A stretch of 33,716 nucleotides of DNA, taken from IMG/VR virus record IMGVR_UViG_3300020045_006097, positions 1 through 33,716 of that record; one strand, 5' to 3'. Positions 17,442 through 26,864 of the stretch are shown here, piece by piece. Numbering within the stretch: the first letter of the stretch is position 1; every line of letters starts with the position of its first letter. The notes below the pieces were generated by a model that was not told where the DNA came from, did not search any database, and saw nothing but the letters and a program-made list of their open reading frames with translations. The translations under genes and the position numbers were made by a program. The DNA comes from a virus. Taxonomy: Duplodnaviria; Caudoviricetes.

Positions 17442-18043
17442 TTAGTCTCTCTTTAACAAACGTTGATTTTCCCTAACAATCTTAGAGTATTCTTTCGCTT
17501 CAGCGTGATATGCTATTCTAAATGTACCCATCTCAGCAAGTTGATGCTTTAGTTCGTGCTTACCTGTCGCATTGATCAACAACTTAAATTGGTCAAGTGT
17601 CATATTCTGCACTTCACTAAAGCTAAACCCACTACTAACAAGACTGACGATTAAACTAGACCAGTCTGTGGCACTGTCTTCGCTACTTTGCTCAGTAGAG
17701 GCAGTACCTTCTGGACGAAAAAACTTGCGTTTACCTCCAAGATTGCAGCTAGGATCTGAACACCTTCGTCCATTTCGAGCTGATCAACCCAAGTGCGTGG
17801 CTGACGTGATCCAATAACAATCAGATCCAACACATTGTCTCCACCTTGCACCATGATCTTGGAAAGTGATCCCATCTGGTTTTCACTAGATCCAACTGCA
17901 TCAAGCACGAGCTTGGTAATTGGTTCCACTACTTTGAACACTCTTGGTAGTTCACCAAGCTTAAAAGGAGTGATACGGATTTCGGTGCCCTTGATTTCAA
18001 AAATCTGGCCAGTAGGAAATAGTTTATCAAGTTCGTTAGTCAT
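17442..18043 (-). CDS. Tail assembly chaperone GT, product of a -1 programmed frameshift at T-TTT-TTC (17717-17723)
   Basis: The -1 frame is open from the slip site to TAA at 17442-17444 (FRPEGTAS...DWSSLIVSLVSSGFSFSEVQNMTLDQF...LLKRD), abutting the tape measure ATG. Confidence 0.85.
17651..18043 (-). CDS. Tail assembly chaperone G
   Basis: 130 aa between tail tube and tape measure genes; carries the slippery heptamer in ...NASFF. Confidence 0.85.
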   Translation of the reverse strand: MTNELDKLFPTGQIFEIKGTEIRITPFKLGELPRVFKVVEPITKLVLDAVGSSENQMGSLSKIMVQGGDNVLDLIVIGSRQPRTWVDQLEMDEGVQILAAILEVNASFFVQKVLPLLSKVAKTVPQTGLV

Positions 18044-18066
18044 ATCAGTATTATATTGTGCAAGGT

Positions 18067-18074
18067 TATTTATT
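18067..18074 (-). promoter_or_regulatory. T4-like late promoter motif AATAAATA
   Basis: Just downstream of the tail-tube hairpin, 23 nt before the chaperone ATG. Confidence 0.55.
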
Positions 18075-18076
18075 CA

Positions 18077-18106
18077 GAAACGCAAACAGCCGCACAAGGC
18101 GGCTGT
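18077..18106 (-). terminator. Hairpin/terminator after the tail tube gene
   Basis: 8-bp stem ACAGCCGC/GCGGCTGT (18086-18093 with 18099-18106), followed by an interrupted T tract. Confidence 0.6.
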
Positions 18107-18124
18107 AAGTTATGTTAAGGTAGC

Positions 18125-18883
18125 TTAAACTGCTTTAACGATTGTCATGTAGGCGGAGTCACCAGCACCAGCTGTTGGATCAGATAGCATACCACCAGAC
18201 ATAGAGAATAGACCAACTTCAGTTCCGATTAGGGAGAGAGTCTCAGCCATGTTCAATGACACGCGGTGTAGGTTAGCAATAACTGTCTTCTTAGTTGCAA
18301 GGTTGATACCTTCAAAGCGGAATGCGTATTCAGCGATTGTCTGAGTAGCAGCAGCCATCTTCTCGTAAGCACCGTAAGCATAATCAACTGCCAATGTGTA
18401 TGGAGCAACGCCAGTTAGGTTAGTTGCAGAAACCAAAGTGATTGTGCCGTTAGCAGCATCTACCACGTAGTCGGTAACAACCGTCAAAGTAGTAGCACCT
18501 TGCATAACTACAACAGCAGATACGCCTGGGTTCTTCAACGGCATGATCTGGTTTAGACCGTAACCAATAACCGCTTCATCAGTAGCGGTACCAGAAGTAA
18601 CTGCAGTAGCGGTGCCGTAGAATGCGCGGGCAAGATTTTCTTTGCTGAAAGACTTAGTGTCCAAAGACATTTCCCAGTCAGTTTGGATTGGGATGTGCAA
18701 TGCTAGCGAGCGATTGCCGGAGCAGCTCTCATAGTCATCAACGAAGTCTTGAGTGACATTAACTTCTAGACGTGGGGTATCGCCCAAGAAAGTCCAACCG
18801 CCATTGATGGCACCATTGGATGCGCGTGGCGCAACGTAAACTTTACCTTGGCCGATGAATTGTTCTGTATTGCAAGTAGACAT
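18125..18883 (-). CDS. Major tail (tube) protein
   Basis: FIGQGKVYVAPR...WTFLGD, SKENLARAFYG, DYVVDAANGTI, FRFEGINLA; position in the tail module; AAGGA SD. Confidence 0.85.
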   Translation of the reverse strand: MSTCNTEQFIGQGKVYVAPRASNGAINGGWTFLGDTPRLEVNVTQDFVDDYESCSGNRSLALHIPIQTDWEMSLDTKSFSKENLARAFYGTATAVTSGTATDEAVIGYGLNQIMPLKNPGVSAVVVMQGATTLTVVTDYVVDAANGTITLVSATNLTGVAPYTLAVDYAYGAYEKMAAATQTIAEYAFRFEGINLATKKTVIANLHRVSLNMAETLSLIGTEVGLFSMSGGMLSDPTAGAGDSAYMTIVKAV

Positions 18884-18918
18884 GTATTATTCCTTAATTT
18901 GTAAAACTGATGCAGCTG

Positions 18919-18926
18919 TATTTATA
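18919..18926 (-). promoter_or_regulatory. T4 late promoter consensus TATAAATA
   Basis: Exact consensus 35 nt before the tail tube ATG; overlaps the upstream stop codon. Confidence 0.6.
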
Positions 18927-19353
18927 GTGCTGCGACGATACTATAGCGTTGATCAAAAACAATCCGGTTTCCGGTTAGCTCATCAATCGTCTGTCCTTCG
19001 TATTTCCACTTCCGTGCCCCAGTGGGACCTTGGCGGGCGTTGATAGTAGTGATTAGCTCTGCAAGCAGCGGATACTGGTTAGCAAGCAAGTCAGCTTCTG
19101 TCGTGTATTCCATGAATACCTTGATGATGAACTCCATCTTAACAAAAGGAGGACACTCCCCCTCTACTAATGGAGATGTATTCTGATCACCAATGAATAC
19201 CACCCATGCAGCAGGGGTTTGAACCTTTTGCATTGTAGGATCAACACTCTTTGCGCCGACAGCAAGACCTACACGTTTTGTCGTAGTGCCAAACTTATTG
19301 GATGCAATGCTTTTAGCTGCGGTTAGCAGGTCTAGTGATAATTCTGCGATCAT
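18922..19353 (-). CDS. Tail terminator/completion protein
   Basis: 143 aa immediately upstream of the tail tube gene; PAAWVVFIGD motif. Confidence 0.65.
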   Translation of the reverse strand: MIAELSLDLLTAAKSIASNKFGTTTKRVGLAVGAKSVDPTMQKVQTPAAWVVFIGDQNTSPLVEGECPPFVKMEFIIKVFMEYTTEADLLANQYPLLAELITTINARQGPTGARKWKYEGQTIDELTGNRIVFDQRYSIVAAL

Positions 19354-19781
19354 TTTATTGCGTTTCTCAAGTATTCTCTAACTCTATTTACACCGTCTTG
19401 GTTCCATCCAAGGAACGGACGAGCTGGCATTCTATTCGTACCTAGCTGCAGGTACTTTGCATAAGTTGCAGAACTGAATACTGTTAATGAGAATCCAGTT
19501 AACTTATACTGAATACTATTGATCAGTGCACCAGTGCGATTGAGCAACCCACCAGCAAGCGTTCCGTCGCGTGTACGTTGACGCAGTGTAGCAAGAGACC
19601 AAGGTCTCCACGGTTGTCCATCTGGTGAAGTCTTTTCCTGTGCAATCCGTTGACGAACGATCCGCACTTCTTCCTCACCAGCTTTACGCAGAATTTCATT
19701 AGTTGCTTTGGAAATACGCCCAGCCTTCTGGATAACTGTATTACGTGCTCCAGTGCTATTAACTGATGCTCTTAATTTCAT
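19350..19781 (-). CDS. Virion morphogenesis/tail completion protein (P2 gpS / Mu gpG-like)
   Basis: SPDGQPWRPWS, LLNRTGALINSI, YAKYLQLGT..MPARPFLG. Confidence 0.85.
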   Translation of the reverse strand: MKLRASVNSTGARNTVIQKAGRISKATNEILRKAGEEEVRIVRQRIAQEKTSPDGQPWRPWSLATLRQRTRDGTLAGGLLNRTGALINSIQYKLTGFSLTVFSSATYAKYLQLGTNRMPARPFLGWNQDGVNRVREYLRNAIK

Positions 19782-20416
19782 GTGCCCTGACTCTCTTTGG
19801 CTGTAAATTTAACTGCAGATCCAATTGAACTGAAATCATATTTTACGATATCACCAATGAATCCATCACGTGCAGAGACGGAACGGTTCATTAGATTTTG
19901 CTGGTCACGTAGATAAGTTATCACATTTAATGCACGGAAGTTAGCACTATTGATTCCTGTACCTGGCATTCCTGTACCTACTCCGTAACTATCCGTAGAA
20001 ATGTAACATGGTACAGTGCGGGCAATATAAGATCCTTGTGCAGGACCAAACCCAGCACCACCGTCGCCATATCCAATGGTACGAATATCAATCCGGTCAT
20101 CAGCCTGAATTGCGAGGACAGGTAGGTGAGGAAGACGGCTGATAATGATGTAGCAATGCTCGCCGTTGTATAGATAATCTCCCTGCTCCACTTGCACCGG
20201 ATCAGTGTAGACAGTCCAGATTGGGACTTCCCAGCTAATAGTTTGTGTATACGTGTCGCTAAGTGTAAATGTTGCATTAACTGTAGCACAGTTATTGCGA
20301 TCATCTAACGGGTTCATATCATCCAGCGAGCGGTACACTTGGAATTGATAGCCAAGAGTCTTCGCAATCTTCTTATGAGCCTTGTCAATTTTGTTCTGAA
20401 TACTCTTTGCTGACAT
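19778..20416 (-). CDS. Putative head-closure/neck protein
   Basis: Position in the connector block, coupled at both ends; beta-rich. Confidence 0.5.
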   Translation of the reverse strand: MSAKSIQNKIDKAHKKIAKTLGYQFQVYRSLDDMNPLDDRNNCATVNATFTLSDTYTQTISWEVPIWTVYTDPVQVEQGDYLYNGEHCYIIISRLPHLPVLAIQADDRIDIRTIGYGDGGAGFGPAQGSYIARTVPCYISTDSYGVGTGMPGTGINSANFRALNVITYLRDQQNLMNRSVSARDGFIGDIVKYDFSSIGSAVKFTAKESQGT

Positions 20417-20793
20417 TATTTTGCTCCGTTTTCAATATTTACCTGTTGCAACGCAATTACTTTCGTAGAACATTCAATCAGCTGCTGCTTTAACACAATC
20501 AATTGCATTGATTTGTCTGCAGAATCAAGTTTAAATTGCGCAAAGTCTTCACTGATCTTGACACACTTATTGCGTAGATCAGTGATTTCAATTTCCTGCT
20601 CTTGGTTGGTCCGTGCAAGACGAGTGAGCTCAGCATTCATCCGAGTGTATAGATCACTTGCAATTCCGATCTGAGCAATATCACCACGATCAGCTGACCA
20701 CGCTTTGATTGCTTTTTGTGCTCCAAATACTACTGCACCAATTGCTGCAAAAATAGCTGTAGAATTTGTAATTAGTTCCTGATTGATTTCCAT
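20416..20793 (-). CDS. Holin/antiholin-like protein (one N-terminal TM helix plus coiled coil)
   Basis: TAIFAAIGAVVFGA hydrophobic segment followed by a heptad-rich tail. Confidence 0.5.
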   Translation of the reverse strand: MEINQELITNSTAIFAAIGAVVFGAQKAIKAWSADRGDIAQIGIASDLYTRMNAELTRLARTNQEQEIEITDLRNKCVKISEDFAQFKLDSADKSMQLIVLKQQLIECSTKVIALQQVNIENGAK

Positions 20794-21251
20794 TATCTGC
20801 GTCTTTCTAGTTTTTCAACGCCGGATATCATTTGGATCAGGACCCAAACATCGGCCATTATTGGAATTATGTACAAGAAACTCATTCCATCCCGTAAAGC
20901 AATTAACCCATTTTGCCAAGTAATGCTTGATGCAAGGCAAATTACCCAAAGGATAACTCCCATTATTGTTGCCGCATATTTAAACGTTAGCCACGGAGAA
21001 GTACGGAAGTCCAATACTGCTGAAGTGAGCGACATTGCAGAATATGAAAGGAAGCATCCAATAACAAACCAGTATGATGTTAGTTCAACAAATTGGTCAA
21101 GTGGTGTCCATGTCTGCAAAGATTGTGCTACCCATAATCCTGCAGCAGCAATCAATCCGCACCAACCCATAATTGCTTGAACAGGACGTGTGCTTGATAG
21201 CATCAGTCCCATTACATGGTCGTGAAGGGAAGAAGCTCGTCTTGCAATCAC
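20793..21251 (-). CDS. Four-TM membrane protein, holin candidate
   Basis: Four hydrophobic segments and a basic C-terminus (ERRR); GTGA-coupled to the upstream small ORF. Confidence 0.55.
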   Translation of the reverse strand: MIARRASSLHDHVMGLMLSSTRPVQAIMGWCGLIAAAGLWVAQSLQTWTPLDQFVELTSYWFVIGCFLSYSAMSLTSAVLDFRTSPWLTFKYAATIMGVILWVICLASSITWQNGLIALRDGMSFLYIIPIMADVWVLIQMISGVEKLERRR

Positions 21252-21403
21252 TTTTGCTTTTCCTTCTTAGCTGCTTCAGCTTGCGCAGCTAGAATTGCCC
21301 GCGCTTGCTTCTCAGCTTCTGCTTTAGTAGGATAGCAGTGACCTTCGTGTCCCCATTTATAACCGATCCCACCATGTGGGAGTGTGCAAGCATGAATTGG
21401 CAT
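21248..21403 (-). CDS. Small conserved-looking phage protein, 51 aa, missing from the ORF track
   Basis: Translated by hand: MPIHACTLPHGGIGYKWGHEGHCYPTKAEAEKQARAILAAQAEAAKKEKQK; TAAGGA SD; stop overlaps the next GTG. Confidence 0.75.
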   Translation of the reverse strand: MPIHACTLPHGGIGYKWGHEGHCYPTKAEAEKQARAILAAQAEAAKKEKQK

Positions 21404-21417
21404 AGTGATTCCTTATA

Positions 21418-23184
21418 TTACGCGAGAGTCCAACCTTTAACGGTAGCAATTAACTTATCCGCTACCGTTAAATTTGCCCATCCCCAGTTACCAGATACAG
21501 TAAGCGTCTGTGCACCTGATGCAGTTCCAAGCGAAGTGAATAGATCAACCAGAGCAGGAGCAGATAGCGAACCAGCAATTGTGAAGCCACCGTATTTCAA
21601 TCCAGTTAAAATAACAGAATTAAGCGAACTAGCTCCAGAAAATAGGGTTGCAACACCAGTAGCAGCAATTACTTTTGTGCAATCTACTGAAATTGTTTTT
21701 AACGCTCGTCCGTTCAATGCAATACTTCCCAATACGATACTCGTTGCAGTAGAAGGAATTAATATTGGGCCGATTTCCTGAATACCAGATTGTGAGGCAT
21801 TATTACATTGAAACGCACTTGTCAATGTTATTGCACCAGTAGTTGTAGTTCCAAAATCCATAGTTCCGACCTTTTTCAATGACGTACAGTTTGTGAACAT
21901 ACTACCAGCGGCAGTGCATTTAGCATAACTTAGCACTGGCATCGTTGCTAGTGATGCACACCCGCTAAAAGCCGAAGTCATTGTCGTTACCTTTCCTGTA
22001 TCATATGCTGGGCATGTGAGTATGTTATAGCAGTTTAACGCTATACTAGCTATTGTCGTTACATTGCTTGAATCTGATATTAGCGGTAAGGCAAGCAATC
22101 GCGTACATCCGCTAAATGTAGACGACATTGTAGTTAAAAGAGTAGAGCTCGTAATATTTCCAATAGATCGTAGTGCAGTGCAACCAGTAAACGTAGTTGC
22201 CATTGAAGTACATAACGGAATATTAAGCGCAGGTATATTTGTTAATGAGGTGCAAGCATTAAATGTACTGGATAAAGTGGAAGCTTTATCCCAAGATACG
22301 TTCGGAACTACTAGCAATGCAGAGCAAGTATTAAACAAGCCACCTGTATCAACAGAAGCAGCAGTGAATACAAGTGCTGGGGTTGTTTGAAGACTTGCGC
22401 AGTTAGCAAACATAGAACTAACGGAGGTAGCAGCTGTTGTAATCGTTGCTATATTTAATGATCTAAGATTATAACACTTAGCAAACATATTACTTAACGT
22501 AGTACATGTAGAATATGGAAGATTTCCAGGCACCCCGGATAGAGTGACGCAATTTTGAAACATATAGCTCATATTAGTAACTGTTGCAGAACTAGTAACA
22601 GAAACAGACTGTAATGCAACAAGATCTCCAAACAAGTTAGCGTAACTAGTTAGTGCAGAAGATAACAATTGCACCCGCTCCAGATATGAATATGATAATG
22701 TATTTGTACCGCTAGTACCAAGGGCAGCTACAGAAGTTAATGCTGGTGCAGAAATAATTAGATCTTGGTGACCTTGACGATAAGCCCCAGTTCCTACAAA
22801 CGTACTTTTATTCGCAAATCCAATTGCAGTAAATGTATTACCACCACTTGTTGGGGTGATAGTAATTAAGACTTGTTTATAACCTTCTGACGTAGTAGTT
22901 GCGGATACTGCATCAAAATCATATTGTTTGCTTGCTATCAGTGTAGTCGCGAAATTACCTGAAGTTCCATCGCCCCAATCCACTGTATAACCTCCAGTAA
23001 CTGTAGCGCTAAATCCGATAAAAGTACTTGATCCAGGATCAATACGAAATAAGATAACAATTTTATTCTCTGTAGAGTCAACAGAAGGCATTGCTAACCA
23101 TTCAGAGTTCCGTATCCATTCAATTGGTGGGTTTGGTGGGAGTGCTGCACCTACAATACCGTGGTTGTATAGTTCTTCATTCAT
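21418..23184 (-). CDS. BspA/DUF285-like leucine-rich-repeat protein, probable virion adhesin
   Basis: About 11 repeats of (V/T)TxMxxMFxNCxSLxxxP; N-terminal PKD-like YTVDWGDGT. Confidence 0.8.
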   Translation of the reverse strand: MNEELYNHGIVGAALPPNPPIEWIRNSEWLAMPSVDSTENKIVILFRIDPGSSTFIGFSATVTGGYTVDWGDGTSGNFATTLIASKQYDFDAVSATTTSEGYKQVLITITPTSGGNTFTAIGFANKSTFVGTGAYRQGHQDLIISAPALTSVAALGTSGTNTLSYSYLERVQLLSSALTSYANLFGDLVALQSVSVTSSATVTNMSYMFQNCVTLSGVPGNLPYSTCTTLSNMFAKCYNLRSLNIATITTAATSVSSMFANCASLQTTPALVFTAASVDTGGLFNTCSALLVVPNVSWDKASTLSSTFNACTSLTNIPALNIPLCTSMATTFTGCTALRSIGNITSSTLLTTMSSTFSGCTRLLALPLISDSSNVTTIASIALNCYNILTCPAYDTGKVTTMTSAFSGCASLATMPVLSYAKCTAAGSMFTNCTSLKKVGTMDFGTTTTGAITLTSAFQCNNASQSGIQEIGPILIPSTATSIVLGSIALNGRALKTISVDCTKVIAATGVATLFSGASSLNSVILTGLKYGGFTIAGSLSAPALVDLFTSLGTASGAQTLTVSGNWGWANLTVADKLIATVKGWTLA

Positions 23185-24593
23185 TATGCAAGTACCTCTT
23201 GAGAAAGATTAACGCCATCGCTGTACGTTAACGTGTAGACGTCAGTGCTCGTAACTGTAGTTCCATTTGCTGCATAATTCACAGCAGTTCGTGTCGTATA
23301 GTTCGGGCTTGTTCCGCCTGATAGCGTACTTACACGATAATTAGTACCATCCTGACGCTTGTAAGTTACTACTGTCCAAGCTCCGTTCCCATCTGGACTT
23401 GACCGGTACATGGATAGCGCAGGAGCTCCACCAGTTACGGTAGCCCAACTTGCAGCAGTTCCGTTGGTAGTCAAATACTTACCATCATTGCCAGTCTGGG
23501 CCGGAAGTGCATCTACTGTAGACCAAGTTGTGTTGTAATCAGTTGAATCAACCTTTGTCAATACCTGACCAGCAGTACCACCCGCAGCTACGCCAGGACC
23601 AGTTGCTCCGGTAGCACCGGTAGCGCCATTAGTTCCGTTTGTGCCAGCAGGTCCTTGAGGACCAGTGTCGCCTGTAGCACCGGTTGCGCCCTGAGGACCA
23701 GTATCCCCCGTATCTCCCTTTGGCCCAGTATTACCTTGGATCCCTTGGATACCTTGAGGACCAGTATCACCAGTGTCACCTTTTGGACCTACATCACCCT
23801 GAATACCTTGAAAGCCTTGAATACCTTGTGGTCCTTCAACACCTTGAATACCCTGATCACCAGCAGGACCTTGTACGCCTTGTGGACCTGCCTCGCCCTG
23901 TGGGCCAGTATCACCAGTTAATCCAGCAGGACCTTGAATGCCTTGTGGGCCTTGATCACCAGTTGGGCCAGCAGGACCTTGAATGCCTTGTGGACCAGTG
24001 GTGCCAGCAGGGCCTACAATTTGTCCAGCGTCTGTAAATGCATTCCCGTTCCAAACATACAAATTGCCATCTGCATCAACAATGTACGCATCACCAACGA
24101 TGTTTGACACGGATGGTAAGTCGCCAACTGTAGCTACACTTCCCTTAAATGCAATACTTGGACCAACAGGACCAGCAGCACCGTCATCTCCCTTAACACC
24201 TTGAGGACCAGTAGGACCTTCAGGACCAGTTGGGCCCGCAGCACCAGCTGCACCAGTGTCACCCATTACGCCTTGCGGACCAGTAGGGCCTTGAATGCCA
24301 GTATCTCCCGTGTCACCTTTTGGACCGATCTCGCCCTGAATACCTTGAACACCCTGAATACCTTGCACGCCCTGTGGGCCAGTATCACCAGTAAATCCAG
24401 TTAGACCTTGAGGACCGATTGGGCCCTCATTGCCTTGCGGACCTACAGGACCAGTTAAACCACGAGGACCAGTAGGGCCGGTATTACCAATAGGACCTTG
24501 CGGACCCTGTGGACCTTGCGAACCAGGAGGTCCCTGAGTGACTTCAATCAGGACCTGTTCAACTTCACCTGTTACTACATTAATATCAGCCAT
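23184..24593 (-). CDS. Collagen-like fibre protein
   Basis: Two long G-X-Y tracts (GPQ/GIQ/GDT) separated by [12 protein letters not shown]...GDAYIV...LYVWNG; [10 protein letters not shown] fibre motif. Confidence 0.9.
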   Translation of the reverse strand: MADINVVTGEVEQVLIEVTQGPPGSQGPQGPQGPIGNTGPTGPRGLTGPVGPQGNEGPIGPQGLTGFTGDTGPQGVQGIQGVQGIQGEIGPKGDTGDTGIQGPTGPQGVMGDTGAAGAAGPTGPEGPTGPQGVKGDDGAAGPVGPSIAFKGSVATVGDLPSVSNIVGDAYIVDADGNLYVWNGNAFTDAGQIVGPAGTTGPQGIQGPAGPTGDQGPQGIQGPAGLTGDTGPQGEAGPQGVQGPAGDQGIQGVEGPQGIQGFQGIQGDVGPKGDTGDTGPQGIQGIQGNTGPKGDTGDTGPQGATGATGDTGPQGPAGTNGTNGATGATGATGPGVAAGGTAGQVLTKVDSTDYNTTWSTVDALPAQTGNDGKYLTTNGTAASWATVTGGAPALSMYRSSPDGNGAWTVVTYKRQDGTNYRVSTLSGGTSPNYTTRTAVNYAANGTTVTSTDVYTLTYSDGVNLSQEVLA

Positions 24594-24937
24594 TATTTGG
24601 TTACCTCTTTGCTCAAATACACATTACCTTGCAGAATTCGTTCAACGTGCTCCGGTGAAGTGCCGTCCTGTACGAGCTCAACGTCATACAAAGCAGTTTC
24701 AAAGTCAAATCCAGTAGTTTGTATAGAAGTGAGGTTGATAGAGAGCACTCCAGTCACTCCGTCTGTAATTACCTCAAATGTAGCAAGTGGAGTAACATCA
24801 TCATATGTCAACCGCATCTGTGCACGGCCGGTCCAGCCAGTTAAATCACGCGGTGCGCCAGTTGCTGCATCACGTAGCGTTAGTTGCTTGATGAATGTTG
24901 CACCTTGCTCTACGGTTAGGTTGTATCTTGTTGCCAT
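24593..24937 (-). CDS. Small fibre-anchoring virion protein (BppU/LtfC-like)
   Basis: [10 protein letters not shown]...[12 protein letters not shown]...YDVEL...RILQG...EVTK, a pattern typically found upstream of fibre genes. Confidence 0.7.
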   Translation of the reverse strand: MATRYNLTVEQGATFIKQLTLRDAATGAPRDLTGWTGRAQMRLTYDDVTPLATFEVITDGVTGVLSINLTSIQTTGFDFETALYDVELVQDGTSPEHVERILQGNVYLSKEVTK

Positions 24938-25188
24938 TATTGTCTTTCGTATGTTGAGCGCTTAGCAGATTGAATCAACTGATTCATCTTCAAAGCAAAT
25001 GCGCCTGGCTCTACTAAACCGTTGCCGTTGTTAAAATCGTTAATGTGCATACGCGGAACGAATTCAAAGTGAAACACTCCGCGGTTATTAACACTCTCAA
25101 TTGTCTTGATTTGACAAGACTTAACACTCAGATACGCAGCAAGTGGGACGTGAGCAGTTTGGTATTCGGTTAGTAGATCAGTATTCAT
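24937..25188 (-). CDS. Small protein, DUF5659-like
   Basis: YQTAHVPLAAYL...GVFHFE pattern. Confidence 0.55.
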   Translation of the reverse strand: MNTDLLTEYQTAHVPLAAYLSVKSCQIKTIESVNNRGVFHFEFVPRMHINDFNNGNGLVEPGAFALKMNQLIQSAKRSTYERQ

Positions 25189-25189
25189 A

Positions 25190-25197
25190 TATTTATA
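25190..25197 (-). promoter_or_regulatory. T4 late promoter consensus TATAAATA (only 1 nt before the ATG at 25188, so its target is uncertain)
   Basis: Exact consensus filling a 9-bp intergenic gap. Confidence 0.4.
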
Positions 25198-25752
25198 TTA
25201 CGCGGTAAATTTAAGTGGTTGCCCAGCTAGCCATCCGTTTTCGCCAAGTGCGCGAAGCAAGTCTTGTACTGTAGTTGGAAGACGGTCAGCTTTGATTCCG
25301 TCCTTGATAGCAAGATCAAGTGGACCAACTTTGTAGTTGCTTAGTGTTTCCAAGTCATTATCATCAACAGTGAATTCTCCACCTACTCGCTTGAGCAAAT
25401 AGAGAGCCATTTCACATGTAGCTTGTTTGATCTCATTTGGGATCGTATTTGGATCACGGTAGTAATAGCCAAGTGTTTCAAATGTAGCAACTGGGGATGT
25501 GCGTGTGTCACGAGTAAGAACGTAGCTGCGTGGGAACTGCAACTTCTGTACGATTCGGTTAGTCAGCTGACCACCAAACTTCTCGCGATCAATCCGGTTT
25601 GTTGCTTGCACGAGAGCAGCTTGTTTCTTTGCAGCAGAAATACTCCAGAATGAGCTCTCAAGGTGAGCTGCGAAGTAATCATCAGCCTCTGCAACAGAAA
25701 TATAGCTATTCGCTGTGCTGCTACCTGCAGTAGCGTCATATGCAAATGTCAT
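25198..25752 (-). CDS. Head-tail adaptor (family often annotated 'DnaT-like ssDNA-binding')
   Basis: ANSYISVAEADDYF, AALVQATNRID, QKLQFPR, IPNEIKQATCEMA; first gene after the capsid gene. Confidence 0.8.
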   Translation of the reverse strand: MTFAYDATAGSSTANSYISVAEADDYFAAHLESSFWSISAAKKQAALVQATNRIDREKFGGQLTNRIVQKLQFPRSYVLTRDTRTSPVATFETLGYYYRDPNTIPNEIKQATCEMALYLLKRVGGEFTVDDNDLETLSNYKVGPLDLAIKDGIKADRLPTTVQDLLRALGENGWLAGQPLKFTA

Positions 25753-25773
25753 GTGTATTCCTTTATATTGAGA

Positions 25774-25781
25774 TATTTATG
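25774..25781 (-). promoter_or_regulatory. T4-like late promoter motif CATAAATA
   Basis: Between the capsid terminator and the AAGGA SD of the adaptor gene. Confidence 0.65.
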
Positions 25782-25800
25782 GAACTACACATTGCACAAG

Positions 25801-25834
25801 ACAAAAGAAAAGCCCCCGTGGCAAAACGGGGGCT
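25801..25834 (-). terminator. Intrinsic terminator after the major capsid gene
   Basis: 9-bp stem AGCCCCCGT/ACGGGGGCT followed by TTTCTTTTGT. Confidence 0.85.
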
Positions 25835-25885
25835 GATCGCTCTCTTAACTTCTAAAGGATGCCGGCATTGCACCGGCAATTACTG

Positions 25886-26830
25886 TTATACAGTAACTTT
25901 GTTCAAGGCTGCAACGGATAGAACGCTGTGGATAGCGAACGAACCGTACATCTTGACGCGCCAGATGTCGTAGTCACCAGCTTCGGCAGGACCGACGCCT
26001 TGAACTTGAACACCACCAACGCTTGGGATGATACCAGACAAACCACCAGTACGTGTGCCGTCGTCAAACGAACCAGCGTAGATGGAAACTTGAGTGCCTG
26101 CAGTAGCAGATGTATCAGCAGTCAAGAAGTCGTTACGGATAATTGGGATACCGTTGTATTGTGGAACTTGTACGCCAGCAACGTCCATGTAAGTTACGCC
26201 ACCGGATGCACGTAGCAACGATAGGATCTTACGAACGCCAGCAGAGTGAGCCATAATGAATTGTGGGTCACCTTGTAGAATGCGGTGTAGCATTGCATCT
26301 AGCAATTCAAATGTTAGGCCAGCGTCAGCACCAGCGATAACTTGACCAGCGAATGGCGAGCTAGCTAGCAATACTTCTAGACCGTCAAATTCCTGGGTGT
26401 TTGTCACGCCAGAAACAGAGTTACCAGGAGTAGTTGCATTACCAACAGCGATCTGGCGGAAGTATTCACGACCAACTTGCTTAGCCTTGGATGCAATTGC
26501 AGCAGCCACTGGATCTGCACCAGCGCCTGTGCCAACACCTTGAGCAACGATCAAGCTGTTAACTTCAGCATCACCGATGATGGAAGTTAGTGGTAGGGTA
26601 ACTTGGGCAAAGGTTGCCTGAGTTTTCACACCGGAAGTAGAACCACCGATGGCTAGGGAAGCTACGTTACCAGGAGTACCTTCGCGGTTGAACGCGTAAG
26701 CATTACCTTGCACAACGTTGAAAGGCAGAACGCCTAGCAAGCCGTTTGCAGTAGCAATAGTTTCAGCAACGCCAGCAGAAAGGTCATCATAACCAAGTTT
26801 GCTTGCTTCAGATAGTAGGATTGTTGACAT
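25886..26830 (-). CDS. Major capsid protein (HK97 fold)
   Basis: LLGVLPF..VQGNAYAFNRE, IIGDAEV, EFDGL, YNGIPIIRND, WRVKMY; GGAG SD; followed by a terminator. Confidence 0.9.
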   Translation of the reverse strand: MSTILLSEASKLGYDDLSAGVAETIATANGLLGVLPFNVVQGNAYAFNREGTPGNVASLAIGGSTSGVKTQATFAQVTLPLTSIIGDAEVNSLIVAQGVGTGAGADPVAAAIASKAKQVGREYFRQIAVGNATTPGNSVSGVTNTQEFDGLEVLLASSPFAGQVIAGADAGLTFELLDAMLHRILQGDPQFIMAHSAGVRKILSLLRASGGVTYMDVAGVQVPQYNGIPIIRNDFLTADTSATAGTQVSIYAGSFDDGTRTGGLSGIIPSVGGVQVQGVGPAEAGDYDIWRVKMYGSFAIHSVLSVAALNKVTV

Positions 26831-26864
26831 GTTTAATATTCTCCAAATTGAAAGGACTTACCTT

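Noticed and set aside
23590-24540. CRISPR array or DNA tandem repeat
   Set aside because: The periodicity is the 9-bp G-X-Y collagen code. No repeat-spacer array was seen anywhere in the window.
25198-25752. Replication protein, from the 'DnaT-like' family label
   Set aside because: Its position directly after the capsid gene and its motifs fit a head-tail adaptor.
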